A DNA stretch of 64,000 nt, taken from NCBI GenBank assembly GCA_019058365.1, contig JAHPZE010000013.1:49231-113230 (forward strand). The letters run 5' to 3'. This document shows positions 20,479-31,600 of the stretch, piece by piece. The notes beneath the pieces were generated by a model, which was given only the letters and a program-made list of their open reading frames with translations, ran no database searches and had not been told where the DNA came from. A program made the position numbers and the translations under genes. This DNA is from Promethearchaeota archaeon (GTDB lineage Archaea > Asgardarchaeota > Lokiarchaeia > Sigyniarchaeales > SOKP01). The stretch's first letter is position 1. Each line of letters begins with the position of its first letter.

Positions 20479-23400
20479 ATGGATTCTGAACAAAAAAGAT
20501 TAATAAACAGTCTAATTTTAGAATTGAGAACATTAATGGAAGAAGAATTAGAACTCGTTCTAAGACATTATGGAATCTTTTTAAATCGAAAATGGCTTGG
20601 TATAGAACAATTAGACTTTCTATCTGATGAAGAAAAGGAAATTAAAAAGAAGTTAGAAATTTATATTAAAAGAAAGGAAAAAATTGGATTAAAGATCGAA
20701 GAATCTACTAAAGAATTTATTACTGAAGCAACTTATCATTGGTTAAACCGTATTTTTGGGTTAAAATGCTTAGAATCAAGAGATCTAATTGAAGAAATAA
20801 TAATGACCAATTCTGATTATGGTGGTAAAAGTTATGTCCATAGAAATTTTTTAGAAAATCATCCTGAATTTAAAAAAAGTGAAGATGAAGGTTTCTTTCA
20901 ATGTCTTTTTGAAATTCTTAATGAATTAACTGAAGAGATCCAAATTATTTTTGACCCAAAAGATATCCATATGTTAATCAAACCCAGAATTACAATTTTA
21001 AAAGAAATAATTAAAAAAATTAATAGTTTAGATAATAAAATTTATCAAAATGATGAATTTTTAGGATGGATGTATCAGTATTTTAACGATAATGAAAGAG
21101 AAAGAATTTATAGTGGATTAAAAAAAAATAAAAATAAAATTCAAGAATCAGATATTATTCCCCTAACACAATTATATACAGAAGATTATATGATTAGATT
21201 TCTTGCACAGAATTCTCTTGGTTCAATGTGGGTAGAAATGCATCCAAAAACTCAATTACATAGAAATTGGGATTATTATGTTGAATCGCTAATAAAAGAG
21301 AGAAGAGAAGTTAAAAATTTAAATAAGATTCAAATTCTAGATCCTGCATGTGGATCAGGACATTTTCTTATTTACTTATTTGATATGTTGTATGAAATGT
21401 ATTTGGAGGAAGGTAAGACTGCTGTTAAAGACATTGCTAAAGAGATTATAGAAAAGAATTTACATGGTATTGATATCGATACACGCGCAATACAAATTAC
21501 AGCTTTAATTCTCTATATTAAATTTAAAGAAAAATCCGTAGATGATAAATCTAAAATACCTCGTTTTAACTTATTTACTACAGATATAATCTCATATAAA
21601 ACAGAAATTTTAAATGAATTTATAAATGAATTTGAGCAAAGCAAAACATTAAAAAAAATTATTGTAACTATTTGGTCAAACTTACAAGATATAAGAAAAA
21701 CGGGGAGTTTGTCTAAAATTGATCAAATTATAAAGAAGTTAATAAACGAAGAGGTAGAACAAAATCGAGAAGGAATACTACGATTTGCAGAAGATAATTC
21801 AACAAATTGGGAATTATTAAAAAAAGAGATCTTAACCCAATTATCAATTTTTTTACAAAATGCTACAAAAACTTTTAATGTAAATAAAGAACTATTTGCT
21901 CAAGAGGAAGAAAAAGGTATATGGTTAATTGATGCATTTCAAAAAAAATATGATATTGTTATTACAAATCCGCCCTATTTAAATACACGTAATCTAAAAG
22001 TGGATTTAAAATCTTTATTTAAAAAAGCCTACCCGTCAAGCCACTTAGATTATTGTATGATGTTTTTGGAAAAGGCATTATCTTTCTTGAAGAAAAATGG
22101 TTATGCTGCTTTAGTCGCAATGCAAAGCTTTATGTTTCTAAGTTCCTATACAAAATTACGAGCTAAATTTCTTGATGAAGCTAATATTAAAAAAGTAATT
22201 CATCTAGGTAAACGAGCTTTTTCTGATAATACAGGTGCAGTATTACAAACAATTCTAATAATTTTTAAAAAAATAGATTTAAAAAAGGATAATATTTATG
22301 ATAGCATTTTTTTTGATTTAACACAATTTGATAAAACATATGAAAAGATTGAGAATTTAGTAAATCTCAATTATAGGTATCTAATTAATCAAGAGGTCTT
22401 TAAAAATATTCAAAACTTTCCTTTTGTTTATAATGTATCACGTTCAATCTTAGATATTTTTAATCGTAGTGATATATTTGGTAACATAGCTCCTCCGAAA
22501 ACAGGAATATCAACCTCGGATAATGATCAGTTTTTAAGATATTGGTGGGAGGTTAATAAAGCAAAAATTGCTAAGTATGGAACGATAGAAAAAAAAAAGT
22601 GGCATTTTTATGCAAAAGGTGGTGTTTATAATAAATGGTATGGAAATTTATACTATGTGATCAATTGGGAAAATGATGGAAAAGAACTTAAAGAATTTGC
22701 ATCTCATTATCCAAGAAATGAAGATTACTATTTTTTAGAAGGCATTACTTATACATTAGTCGGAGGAAAATTTAATGCAAGACTTTTACCAAAGAATTGT
22801 CTTTTTGATTTAAATGGACCTTCTTCATTTCCAATGGAAAGTTATGATCTTTATTATCTTTTAGGTTATCTAAATTCCAGTTTGATTGGATATTTTTTAA
22901 ATTTTTTAAATCCAACAATTGCTACTCCCATTGGTGATTTAAAAAGATTACCATATATTTCTCCGAATAAAAATTTTGAGAATAAAATATCAAATTTTGT
23001 TTCCGAAATCATAAGAATTAAAAAAGAATTGATTTCCTTCGACATAACTGAATGGGAGCATAAAAGAACAGCCATTGAATATGCAATAGATATAGTAAGC
23101 AAAGAAGTGAATCTTATAAAACTTTATAAGGTCTTCAAAAGATATAAGGAAAGTTTAATACTTAAAATTCTGATATTTGAGGCAGAGATTGAAAGAAATA
23201 TTTTCAGTCTTTATGATATTAATAATAATGATCGGGAAAAAATTTTTATCGAAAATGGATTTATTCCTGGATTATTGCCAATTTTACCAAATTTTGATAA
23301 GTTCCCTGAGAACTTAGAATTAGAAGAGCTTTTCTCAGAAATAATAAAAGAAGAAGTTGACTCTGATAGACTTGATATTTTAGGCAATAAAATAAAAGAG

Positions 23401-24141
23401 TTGTATGAAAAAGAAAATCCTTCTCAAATTCTTGATCATTTATCCTATATTTCTTTACAATTAAATATTAATCCAATTTGTGTTTACAATATTATTAATG
23501 AATTAGAACTCGTTAATGAATTTGATTTTAAATCAGAATTAGAGAACTTCATAACAAAAATAATTATTGATATACTAATGAGAGAAGAAACCGGTATAGT
23601 ATTAATAGATGAAGAAATTTTATTTAAACGAATTTTGGAAGAATTTGATAAATATTTTGGTGAAGATTTTACAGATAATATTGTTAAGCAAATTAGTAAT
23701 CTTTTTGGTAAATCTATAAGTGATTGGATTGAAAAAGATTTCTTCAAAAATCACATATCTCAATTTAAAAAGAGACCAATGATTTGGCATTTATCCAGTG
23801 AAGAGAGATCCTTTCAATGCTTTATCGATTATCATAAACTCAACCAAAACCTTCTATTAATCCTAAGAAATCGACATGTTGAGAAAAGATTGACGTTTTT
23901 TAGAGAAGAATCTAAAACTATTACAGAATCATTAAAAAGTGAATCAAACGATTTAACAATCAAAGAATTAAATAAAAACTATATTGAAATTGAAAATTCA
24001 ATTGAAGATCTTCAAAAATTTTCTGAAAATTTAAAAAAAATTATTGATATGAACATTGAATTTGATGAGGATAATGGAGTCAAACAACAAATTTTACCTT
24101 TTCAGAAAAATAAACTTTTATCTATAAATAGGGTAGTTTAA
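20479..24141 (+). CDS. pglX: BREX adenine DNA methyltransferase PglX
   Basis: GWMYQYF, TQLYTEDY, LDPACGSGHF (SAM binding), NPPY (catalytic), KRPMIWH, C-terminal DNGV. Confidence 0.95.
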   Translation: MDSEQKRLINSLILELRTLMEEELELVLRHYGIFLNRKWLGIEQLDFLSDEEKEIKKKLEIYIKRKEKIGLKIEESTKEFITEATYHWLNRIFGLKCLESRDLIEEIIMTNSDYGGKSYVHRNFLENHPEFKKSEDEGFFQCLFEILNELTEEIQIIFDPKDIHMLIKPRITILKEIIKKINSLDNKIYQNDEFLGWMYQYFNDNERERIYSGLKKNKNKIQESDIIPLTQLYTEDYMIRFLAQNSLGSMWVEMHPKTQLHRNWDYYVESLIKERREVKNLNKIQILDPACGSGHFLIYLFDMLYEMYLEEGKTAVKDIAKEIIEKNLHGIDIDTRAIQITALILYIKFKEKSVDDKSKIPRFNLFTTDIISYKTEILNEFINEFEQSKTLKKIIVTIWSNLQDIRKTGSLSKIDQIIKKLINEEVEQNREGILRFAEDNSTNWELLKKEILTQLSIFLQNATKTFNVNKELFAQEEEKGIWLIDAFQKKYDIVITNPPYLNTRNLKVDLKSLFKKAYPSSHLDYCMMFLEKALSFLKKNGYAALVAMQSFMFLSSYTKLRAKFLDEANIKKVIHLGKRAFSDNTGAVLQTILIIFKKIDLKKDNIYDSIFFDLTQFDKTYEKIENLVNLNYRYLINQEVFKNIQNFPFVYNVSRSILDIFNRSDIFGNIAPPKTGISTSDNDQFLRYWWEVNKAKIAKYGTIEKKKWHFYAKGGVYNKWYGNLYYVINWENDGKELKEFASHYPRNEDYYFLEGITYTLVGGKFNARLLPKNCLFDLNGPSSFPMESYDLYYLLGYLNSSLIGYFLNFLNPTIATPIGDLKRLPYISPNKNFENKISNFVSEIIRIKKELISFDITEWEHKRTAIEYAIDIVSKEVNLIKLYKVFKRYKESLILKILIFEAEIERNIFSLYDINNNDREKIFIENGFIPGLLPILPNFDKFPENLELEELFSEIIKEEVDSDRLDILGNKIKELYEKENPSQILDHLSYISLQLNINPICVYNIINELELVNEFDFKSELENFITKIIIDILMREETGIVLIDEEILFKRILEEFDKYFGEDFTDNIVKQISNLFGKSISDWIEKDFFKNHISQFKKRPMIWHLSSEERSFQCFIDYHKLNQNLLLILRNRHVEKRLTFFREESKTITESLKSESNDLTIKELNKNYIEIENSIEDLQKFSENLKKIIDMNIEFDEDNGVKQQILPFQKNKLLSINRVV

Positions 24142-24144
24142 TTT

Positions 24145-26526
24145 ATGTTAGTAAATAAATTGGATGAAGATTTAATAGAAAGGTTAAATTTATCTAAAAA
24201 TAATCTCCCTTTCATCTTTTTTTTTGACAAAAAACAAGATTTCCGTTTTTTAATTGAAAATTCAAAAAGATTTAAAGTTATAGTGTACAATAATAGTCTT
24301 TTAGAGGTTAAATATGAATTATTGAGATATGATAAAGAGAATCCAGTAGTCATATATCTTCCTTTAGATGAAAACGAGGATTTAATGTATTTAATGGATC
24401 TTTTAGTATGTTCTACTAAATATCATAATACTCTTTATCGATTTATGGAAAGTCTTGGAATAATATTTCCTAGTAATACAAAAAAAAGAAAGCAAATCAT
24501 AAAGTTATTACCCTCTATGGTAAAGGAACACTTCGATAAACCATTAAGCTTTTGGAATGAAGAATTTGGGACACCCGTGATAAAAGACTTTCATAAAAAA
24601 TTTAAAGAACTTTTAATAAATCCTAAAAATTTAATAGATTTTGATTTTGAGAAGAGAAATTTATTTATTAATGAAATCAAAAAGAAATATGGGTTTGATT
24701 TTTCAGATCAACTCGAAAGTTGGGAAAATAAATTTATCAAGTTCTTATGTATTGTCGAGATGTATGTTGATACGCAAGATAGTGATTATCCTCTACTTCA
24801 AAAATTACCCCCAAGTGAAATTAAAATTACGCAATGTACTGATCTCCTGATAGAAATAAAAAATGATATTGAATTAAAAGAGATATATAAGCAAGCTTGT
24901 TTTGATATTCAGCGAGAATATGATTTAGGTACTTTTATCGAAAAAAATTTTGAACGAGTTAATACTCTCTTACAAAGTGAGGAAATTGTAATTAGTTTGA
25001 TAAATAAAAAAATACAATCATGCAATAATAAAGATGAATTTAATTCTATCCTTTTAGGGTATAAAGGTTTGATAAAAAGGAAGACTTCAAATTTTTGGGT
25101 AAGAGAGGGTGAAATTGCTGCTTGGAATTATTTATCGATCCTTATAGATTTTATTGAATTATTAGAAGAATTTAACTCGATTTCTGAATTGTCAATTAAT
25201 GAGTATATACAGAAATTTTATAAAATTGATCAAATCTACAGGCATCAAAAAGAGTTTGAATGGTATGAGCAGGGATTGGAATATATATCTACTTGGATTG
25301 AAAAATTGTATTTAGATTTTTTAGACATAATTAATACCAAATTTAATAAAATTTTTGAAACCAAACCACATTTTAGAGAACTAAAAATCCAGAAAAATTA
25401 TCTCCCCAATTTAATGAGTAAGAATAATGCTTTCTTACTGATTGATGCCTTAAGGTATGAATTAGGGGAAGAACTTTATAAGAAATTAAAAAGTGAATTT
25501 ACAGAGAGTGAAATTAAAACGTTATTGGCTTCAAGACCACCCATTACAAATATAGGATTTAGTAACTTAATTACAGATGACTTAAGCTACGAGATTAAAG
25601 ATAATAAAAATCTGATTGTTAAAAAAACTAGTGGGAACGATCTAAATACAAAAAGAAAGAGAATTGACTTCTTAAAAGAAAAATATAAAAAATGTGGTTT
25701 TATCAATCTTGATAAGTTCCTAAATTTAAAAACTAAAAATGAAATTGAAAAATTGAAGAACTATGAAAATGTGATTTTATTCTCTAATGATATTGATGAA
25801 ATGGGAGAAAGTAAAGGTGAAAGATGGATTAAATTCTTCAGCCAATTATTGAATGATATTATTAAAGCAATACGCAAATTAATAAAAGTTGGATTCACAT
25901 CAATTCATATTTTAACTGATCATGGCTTTTTAGCTTTTGATGATAAGGAGGATTATTTTAAATTAGAAGATCTTCAAGAAGATTGCATAATAAAGAAAAG
26001 GAGATTTTTTATAAGTAAAAAATCAGATATTCCAGATTTTATTGGAGAGGAAATTGAAGATGATATAGGTTTCTATGTCTATTATCCAAGGAGTATATAC
26101 TATTTAAAAAAGGATTCTTTCTTCCATGGAGGTATATCTCTACAAGAATTATTAATACCTCATATTATAATTAAAATTAAAGATAAAAAAATAAAACAGA
26201 GACCATTAATAGAAATCCAAGAACTTGAAGGAATATATAATAAATTATTTCAAGTGATCATTAATTCTACAATTAAAAGTACTGGTTTAGATCCTTTAGT
26301 TAGAACCAGAAAAATAAAAATCTGGGGAGAATTGCAGAATGAGAGTATTACAAATATACCTATAATTGATATTAACCCAGGAGTTAATAAAGTGATGTTA
26401 AGATTAGTTAAACCTAGCATAATTAAAGGGACTAAAATTTCAATTATAGTTCAAGATAATGACACAGAAGAAATATTAGATAAAACACGTGTAGAAATTA
26501 AGAAAGAGTTTAAAGATGATTTTTAA
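24145..26526 (+). CDS. pglZ: BREX alkaline-phosphatase-fold protein PglZ
   Basis: IDALRYE, TDHGF, HGGISLQE motifs. Confidence 0.93.
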   Translation: MLVNKLDEDLIERLNLSKNNLPFIFFFDKKQDFRFLIENSKRFKVIVYNNSLLEVKYELLRYDKENPVVIYLPLDENEDLMYLMDLLVCSTKYHNTLYRFMESLGIIFPSNTKKRKQIIKLLPSMVKEHFDKPLSFWNEEFGTPVIKDFHKKFKELLINPKNLIDFDFEKRNLFINEIKKKYGFDFSDQLESWENKFIKFLCIVEMYVDTQDSDYPLLQKLPPSEIKITQCTDLLIEIKNDIELKEIYKQACFDIQREYDLGTFIEKNFERVNTLLQSEEIVISLINKKIQSCNNKDEFNSILLGYKGLIKRKTSNFWVREGEIAAWNYLSILIDFIELLEEFNSISELSINEYIQKFYKIDQIYRHQKEFEWYEQGLEYISTWIEKLYLDFLDIINTKFNKIFETKPHFRELKIQKNYLPNLMSKNNAFLLIDALRYELGEELYKKLKSEFTESEIKTLLASRPPITNIGFSNLITDDLSYEIKDNKNLIVKKTSGNDLNTKRKRIDFLKEKYKKCGFINLDKFLNLKTKNEIEKLKNYENVILFSNDIDEMGESKGERWIKFFSQLLNDIIKAIRKLIKVGFTSIHILTDHGFLAFDDKEDYFKLEDLQEDCIIKKRRFFISKKSDIPDFIGEEIEDDIGFYVYYPRSIYYLKKDSFFHGGISLQELLIPHIIIKIKDKKIKQRPLIEIQELEGIYNKLFQVIINSTIKSTGLDPLVRTRKIKIWGELQNESITNIPIIDINPGVNKVMLRLVKPSIIKGTKISIIVQDNDTEEILDKTRVEIKKEFKDDF

Positions 26527-26540
26527 TATATATTAATGAT

Positions 26541-28592
26541 GTGTTTATGGTAGAATTAGACGATTTAGATATAAAAATAAGCGAGACTTTTCCAGGAAAA
26601 ATCGTTAGAAAGGATCTTGTGAGTATATTAAAAAGTGGAGCTAATGTTCCAACATACGTTTTGGAGTATTTACTAGGAAAATATTGTTCCTCAACTAATC
26701 AAGATGTTATCAATGAAGGATTAGACTATGTGAGAGAGTTTTTAGCAACGCATTATGCTAGACCGGACGAAGCTGAAAAAATAAAATCTTTTATAAAAGA
26801 AAGAGGTTCATACAAGGTAATTGATAAGGTTAAAGTGAAATTGGTAGAAACTGAGAATAAATATTGGGCGGAATTATCAAATTTAAATTTAAAATACATT
26901 AATATAAATGAAAAAAACGTTATAGAATTTGAAAAACTTCTTGAAGGAGGTATTTGGGCATCAATAGATATGGAATATGACGAGGAAATTTTTTATAAGA
27001 AAAATCACCGTCCATTTGTTATCGACAAGATTAACCCTATTCAGTCTGCTACAATTGATATCAATGAGTTTAGAGAAAAACGAAAACATTTTTCTAATGA
27101 AGAATGGCTCCAGATTCTAATGCGTAGTATGGGATTTGAACCAAAAAATCCAGAATTTAGTAAAAGATTATTGATGCTTTTTTTATCAAGATTAATTCCT
27201 TTAGTAGAAAATAATTATAATTTAATTGAACTTGGGCCAAGATCTACTGGAAAAAGTTATACATTTAGAGAATTGTCTCCTTTTTCTATATTAATTTCAG
27301 GAGGAAAAACGACAGTAGCAAATTTATTTATGCATTTGGGAACTGGTAAGATTGGATTGGTCGGATTATGGGACACTGTCGCTTTTGACGAGGTTGCAGG
27401 CATTAAATTTAGTAATCCTGACACATTGATGATTTTAAAAGATTATATGGAATCTGGGAGTTTTTCAAGAGGAAAAGAAGAAATTAATGCTAATGCCTCT
27501 ATGGTTTTTAATGGAAACATTGATGGAGATATTGATATTATTTTAAAAACTTCTCATTTATTCACACCTTTACCACCTGAAATGCAAAATTTAGCTCTTA
27601 TTGATCGATTCCATTTTTACTTACCCGGTTGGGAAGTATTAAAATTAATACCAAAATTTTTCAGTAAACATTATGGTTTTGTTGTTGATTATTTTGCTGA
27701 AGTTTTAAGAGAATTAAGGAAATTTAATTTTACAGCCTCTTTAAATAAATTTTTCAGATTAGGGGATCATTTAAACCAAAGAGACGTGAAAGCTGTTCGA
27801 AAAACAGTTTCGGGATATTTAAAGTTAATGCATCCAGATGGGATTTTTAATAAAGAAGAATTAGAAGAGTATTTGATATTAGCTATGGAAATGCGAAGAA
27901 GGATTAAAGAGCAGCTAAAGAAAATGGGTGGTATTGAGTATTGGAAAGTTAACTTTTCTTACATAGATATTGAAACAGGTGAAGAAAAATTTGTAAATGT
28001 TCCTGAAAAAGGTGTTTCTGATTTAATACCTCCTAAAATGTTAGAACCAGGAACAGTATTTACTATTGGCTTAGACGTTGCTGAAAGAAAAAATTGTTTA
28101 TTTAGAATTGAAGTTAAAGTAATGGAAGGAACAGGTCAGAAACGAATAACTGGGGCACCCTCATCAACTATGAAAGAAACAATTCAAACAGCTTTTGATT
28201 TTATTAAAGCAAATCTAAGTGATTTAACAATCGATAAACATATTAAAGATTATGATTTTCATATTCAAATAGTCAATCTGATGCAGAGTAAAGAAGGAAC
28301 TGAAACGGGAGTTGCTTTCTATATTGCAATGATTTCTGCATTACTAGGTACTGCAGTAAAGTCTCAATTGGTTGTTTTAGGTGAGATGACTATTCATGGG
28401 GGTTTGAGAAAAATTCGTGGTCTAACAGAAAAATTGCAAATTGCTCTTGATTCTGGGGCTAAAATAGTTCTTATCCCTTCTGAAAATAAGGTTGATTTTG
28501 CAGATATTCCAAGCTATATACTTGATAAATTAGAAATTTCATTTTATTCTGATCCTATAAATGCTGGATTAAAAGCGATGGAGTTAGATTAA
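26541..28592 (+). CDS. brxL: BREX Lon-like AAA+ protein BrxL
   Basis: NVPTYVLEYLLGKYC, ELGPRSTGKS, FDEV, KDYMESGSFSRG, C-terminal Lon-like domain. Confidence 0.95.
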   Translation: MFMVELDDLDIKISETFPGKIVRKDLVSILKSGANVPTYVLEYLLGKYCSSTNQDVINEGLDYVREFLATHYARPDEAEKIKSFIKERGSYKVIDKVKVKLVETENKYWAELSNLNLKYININEKNVIEFEKLLEGGIWASIDMEYDEEIFYKKNHRPFVIDKINPIQSATIDINEFREKRKHFSNEEWLQILMRSMGFEPKNPEFSKRLLMLFLSRLIPLVENNYNLIELGPRSTGKSYTFRELSPFSILISGGKTTVANLFMHLGTGKIGLVGLWDTVAFDEVAGIKFSNPDTLMILKDYMESGSFSRGKEEINANASMVFNGNIDGDIDIILKTSHLFTPLPPEMQNLALIDRFHFYLPGWEVLKLIPKFFSKHYGFVVDYFAEVLRELRKFNFTASLNKFFRLGDHLNQRDVKAVRKTVSGYLKLMHPDGIFNKEELEEYLILAMEMRRRIKEQLKKMGGIEYWKVNFSYIDIETGEEKFVNVPEKGVSDLIPPKMLEPGTVFTIGLDVAERKNCLFRIEVKVMEGTGQKRITGAPSSTMKETIQTAFDFIKANLSDLTIDKHIKDYDFHIQIVNLMQSKEGTETGVAFYIAMISALLGTAVKSQLVVLGEMTIHGGLRKIRGLTEKLQIALDSGAKIVLIPSENKVDFADIPSYILDKLEISFYSDPINAGLKAMELD

Positions 28593-28661
28593 AAAGAAAT
28601 TAAAAAGGAATTTTCACTCATTTGTATGTATTTTTAATTTTGTAAAGAAGAGGGTTTTGAA

Positions 28662-31600
28662 ATGATTAATAATATGAATGTAAAACAAAAGACAATTTTT
28701 GAGGAATTAACAAAATTAAATGCTAAAGCAGGTAAAGCTTATATGGGAGCATTAAAAGTAATTGGAGACCTTGAAAATCCTGACAGATTTTCTCAATCTG
28801 CAAATTCATTTCGTCATTTAAGTGGTATAATTGCGAGAGAAATTAGTATTGAATTCAATGAAACTGAAAAAATCGAATTAGAAGAAGAAATAAATAATAA
28901 TATTAAAAAAAAGGACTTAGATCAGCTGTATTATGCCAAAATTTATGTTAAAGAAAAATCTTTGAAAGAAAGATTAAAGTTAGTGATTATTGAAGAACCT
29001 GATAAACTTCCGACTCCAGTTGAGAAAAGAATTAATCTTTTATTTAAAAATTGGTTAGAATTGCATGATTTTTTTCACGCAATCGCTCATTATAGTGATA
29101 TTATGGTTGATCAAAATAAATTCGAAGAGAAATTATATGAGTTTGAAAATATACTATTAGAAATTTTAAAACCTAATGAACAGGTATTAATTGAATTAGA
29201 TAACTTATTACTAATAGACGAGCCCACTCAAGCAGATATCGATAAATTAATTACATTCTTAATTAATCCTTCCCATTCTCATTACTTTTTTACACAATTG
29301 GAATCTCCAAAATGGTTAGAATTGTTAATAAAAAATGGGTTCTTTTCAGAACCAAAAGAAAAAATAGAGAAAAAATTTATGATATCTTCTTGGGCACAGG
29401 GAAATTACTTAATAAAGGTATCTCATGCAAAACCTGAAAAAGTACTTGAAATAATAAATCAATTCAAAAACACAAAAAGTTACATCGCAATCCGTTTTCT
29501 ATTGAATTCTATATTGAATATGCCTTCAGAATATGTTGTAAAATCTTTACCAACAATTAAAAACTGGATGAATTTCTCTTATGGGACATATGAAATTATT
29601 ACCATAAAAAAATTGACAAAGAAACTAATTTCCGATAAACAATCAGATGGTCTATATAAAATTCTTAATATACTTTTCCAAATTAGTAAACCTGAACTAC
29701 CGCATGCAAATTTAGATATTGAAGAGAAAATTTACCTTATATTTAATGATTATGAAGATTTTTTTGATTTATTAATAGATCATGAAATTCAAGAGAAATC
29801 TTGTGATTTTATAAAGATAATGTGTCAAGCTTTATTTGAAAAAATTAAACAGGAACATATTGATTTCATTAAATTAAATGAAAGAATATTCAAAAAAAAA
29901 ATAAAAATTCCGAAATTAAAAGAAATAGAAAAGGATGGTTCCGAAATTTGGAAGCCCTCAATTGAAGCAATATCTGGTGAATATGAACCACATGATGTAA
30001 AATCTTTATTAGTTTCCAAGATTAGAGACACTTTTCGAATTTTTGAAAAGGTTGACAATGAATTGATAAGAAGTTGCTTTAATGAATTATCAGGTTTTAA
30101 ATCTCCAATATTCAGACGACTGGAAATATATTTTATTAGTAAATATCCTGAGATATTTAAGGATCTTATTTCTCAGTACCTAACAGAAGAATCATTTTCT
30201 GAAAGAAAAGAGTATTGGCATGAGTACTATTACCTTATTAAAAGCCAATTTAAAAATCTTGATGAAAAATCTAAAATTAAAATCCTATGTTGGATTGATA
30301 ATGGTCCCAATCTTAGCAAAATTTCAAAGGAATCTTTTAAAACTTCCGAAGAATGTGAACAATGGAAAAAGAGATATACAAGAAAATGGAAAATTAGAAA
30401 ATTAAATCCAATTAAAGATTTCGTTGAGGGAGATTTTAAACAAAAATTTGAATTTTTACTAAAGGAAAGCGAAAATCTTGAAAACCCAGAATATTTAAGA
30501 AAACTATATAAACCCATTGTGTTCCATGATTCATCAGAATTAAAAAAAAAAATGGAAACCAAAAACGATGAAGACCTAAAGAAATTTCTAAAATCTTGGG
30601 AACCAGATAATGAAAAATTTCCTCCAGAATCTAAAGAAAATCTTAGTTCATCTTTAAGCGACCTTATTAAGGAATATCCTGAAAAATTTGAGAAACTGCT
30701 AAAAGAATTTAACGATATCCCGTGTTTATATATAATTAGCATTATAAGGGGTTATAGAGAATTTTTAACTAAAGATCAGAGTATTGATTATTTCTCAGTT
30801 TTTTCTCTATTTGATGAAATTTTAAATAATTTGGATAAATTAAAGATAGAAAGAGGTATCGAAGAATTAAAGAATTCTATATTAGAGATCAAGAAACAAA
30901 TAGCGAAGTTTATATCAAAGTTTCTTGCTACAACATCAATTGAATTGAATGAAAAAGATGCAAATCTAATTTTAGAGATTATTAAGAAATTAAGTTATGA
31001 TATAAAGGAAGAACACTTACAATATAAGGAAGTTAAGGAGTTTAATAGTTATGTATTATTCTATTATAAGGACACTGTAACAGGCTCTATATTTGAATTA
31101 TTTATTAATTTTTTAATTTTTTTCTCTAAAAAAACTGAATTAGCTAAAAAACTTAATTTAGGTATTATTAAAGATCAAATTAAAGAATTTCTTAATCCTG
31201 ATTACGAACATTCTGAAGGAATTAGATCTATTATCAGTTCTCATTTGTATCATTTATTTGAGACTGATGAGATGTGGTGCAAAAGTTTAATTCCATTACT
31301 TTTTCTTGAAGAAAAGCAATACAGAGACTTGTGGAATATATCTTGGGAGAGTTTTATTATAGGCTATCCCAATCATGTTTATTATAAAGTTTTTAAACAC
31401 CTAATAAAAGTATATGATAAAGCGATTGATAAATTAACTAGTCCGAATATATCTTATGATGTAAAAACATTTCTTACTCATCATATTATTTTGGTTTATT
31501 TGAATGAAAAAGTTGATTTATCTGATGATTCATTAGTGGCAAAATTTTTTAATGTTGCTTTTCCAGAATTAACAGCAGAGATTATGAGATATTGCACAGT

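Noticed and set aside
28000-28592. BrxL Lon domain lacks the canonical GPSAG serine (EGTETG)
   Set aside because: Degenerate protease sites are common in BrxL; not unusual
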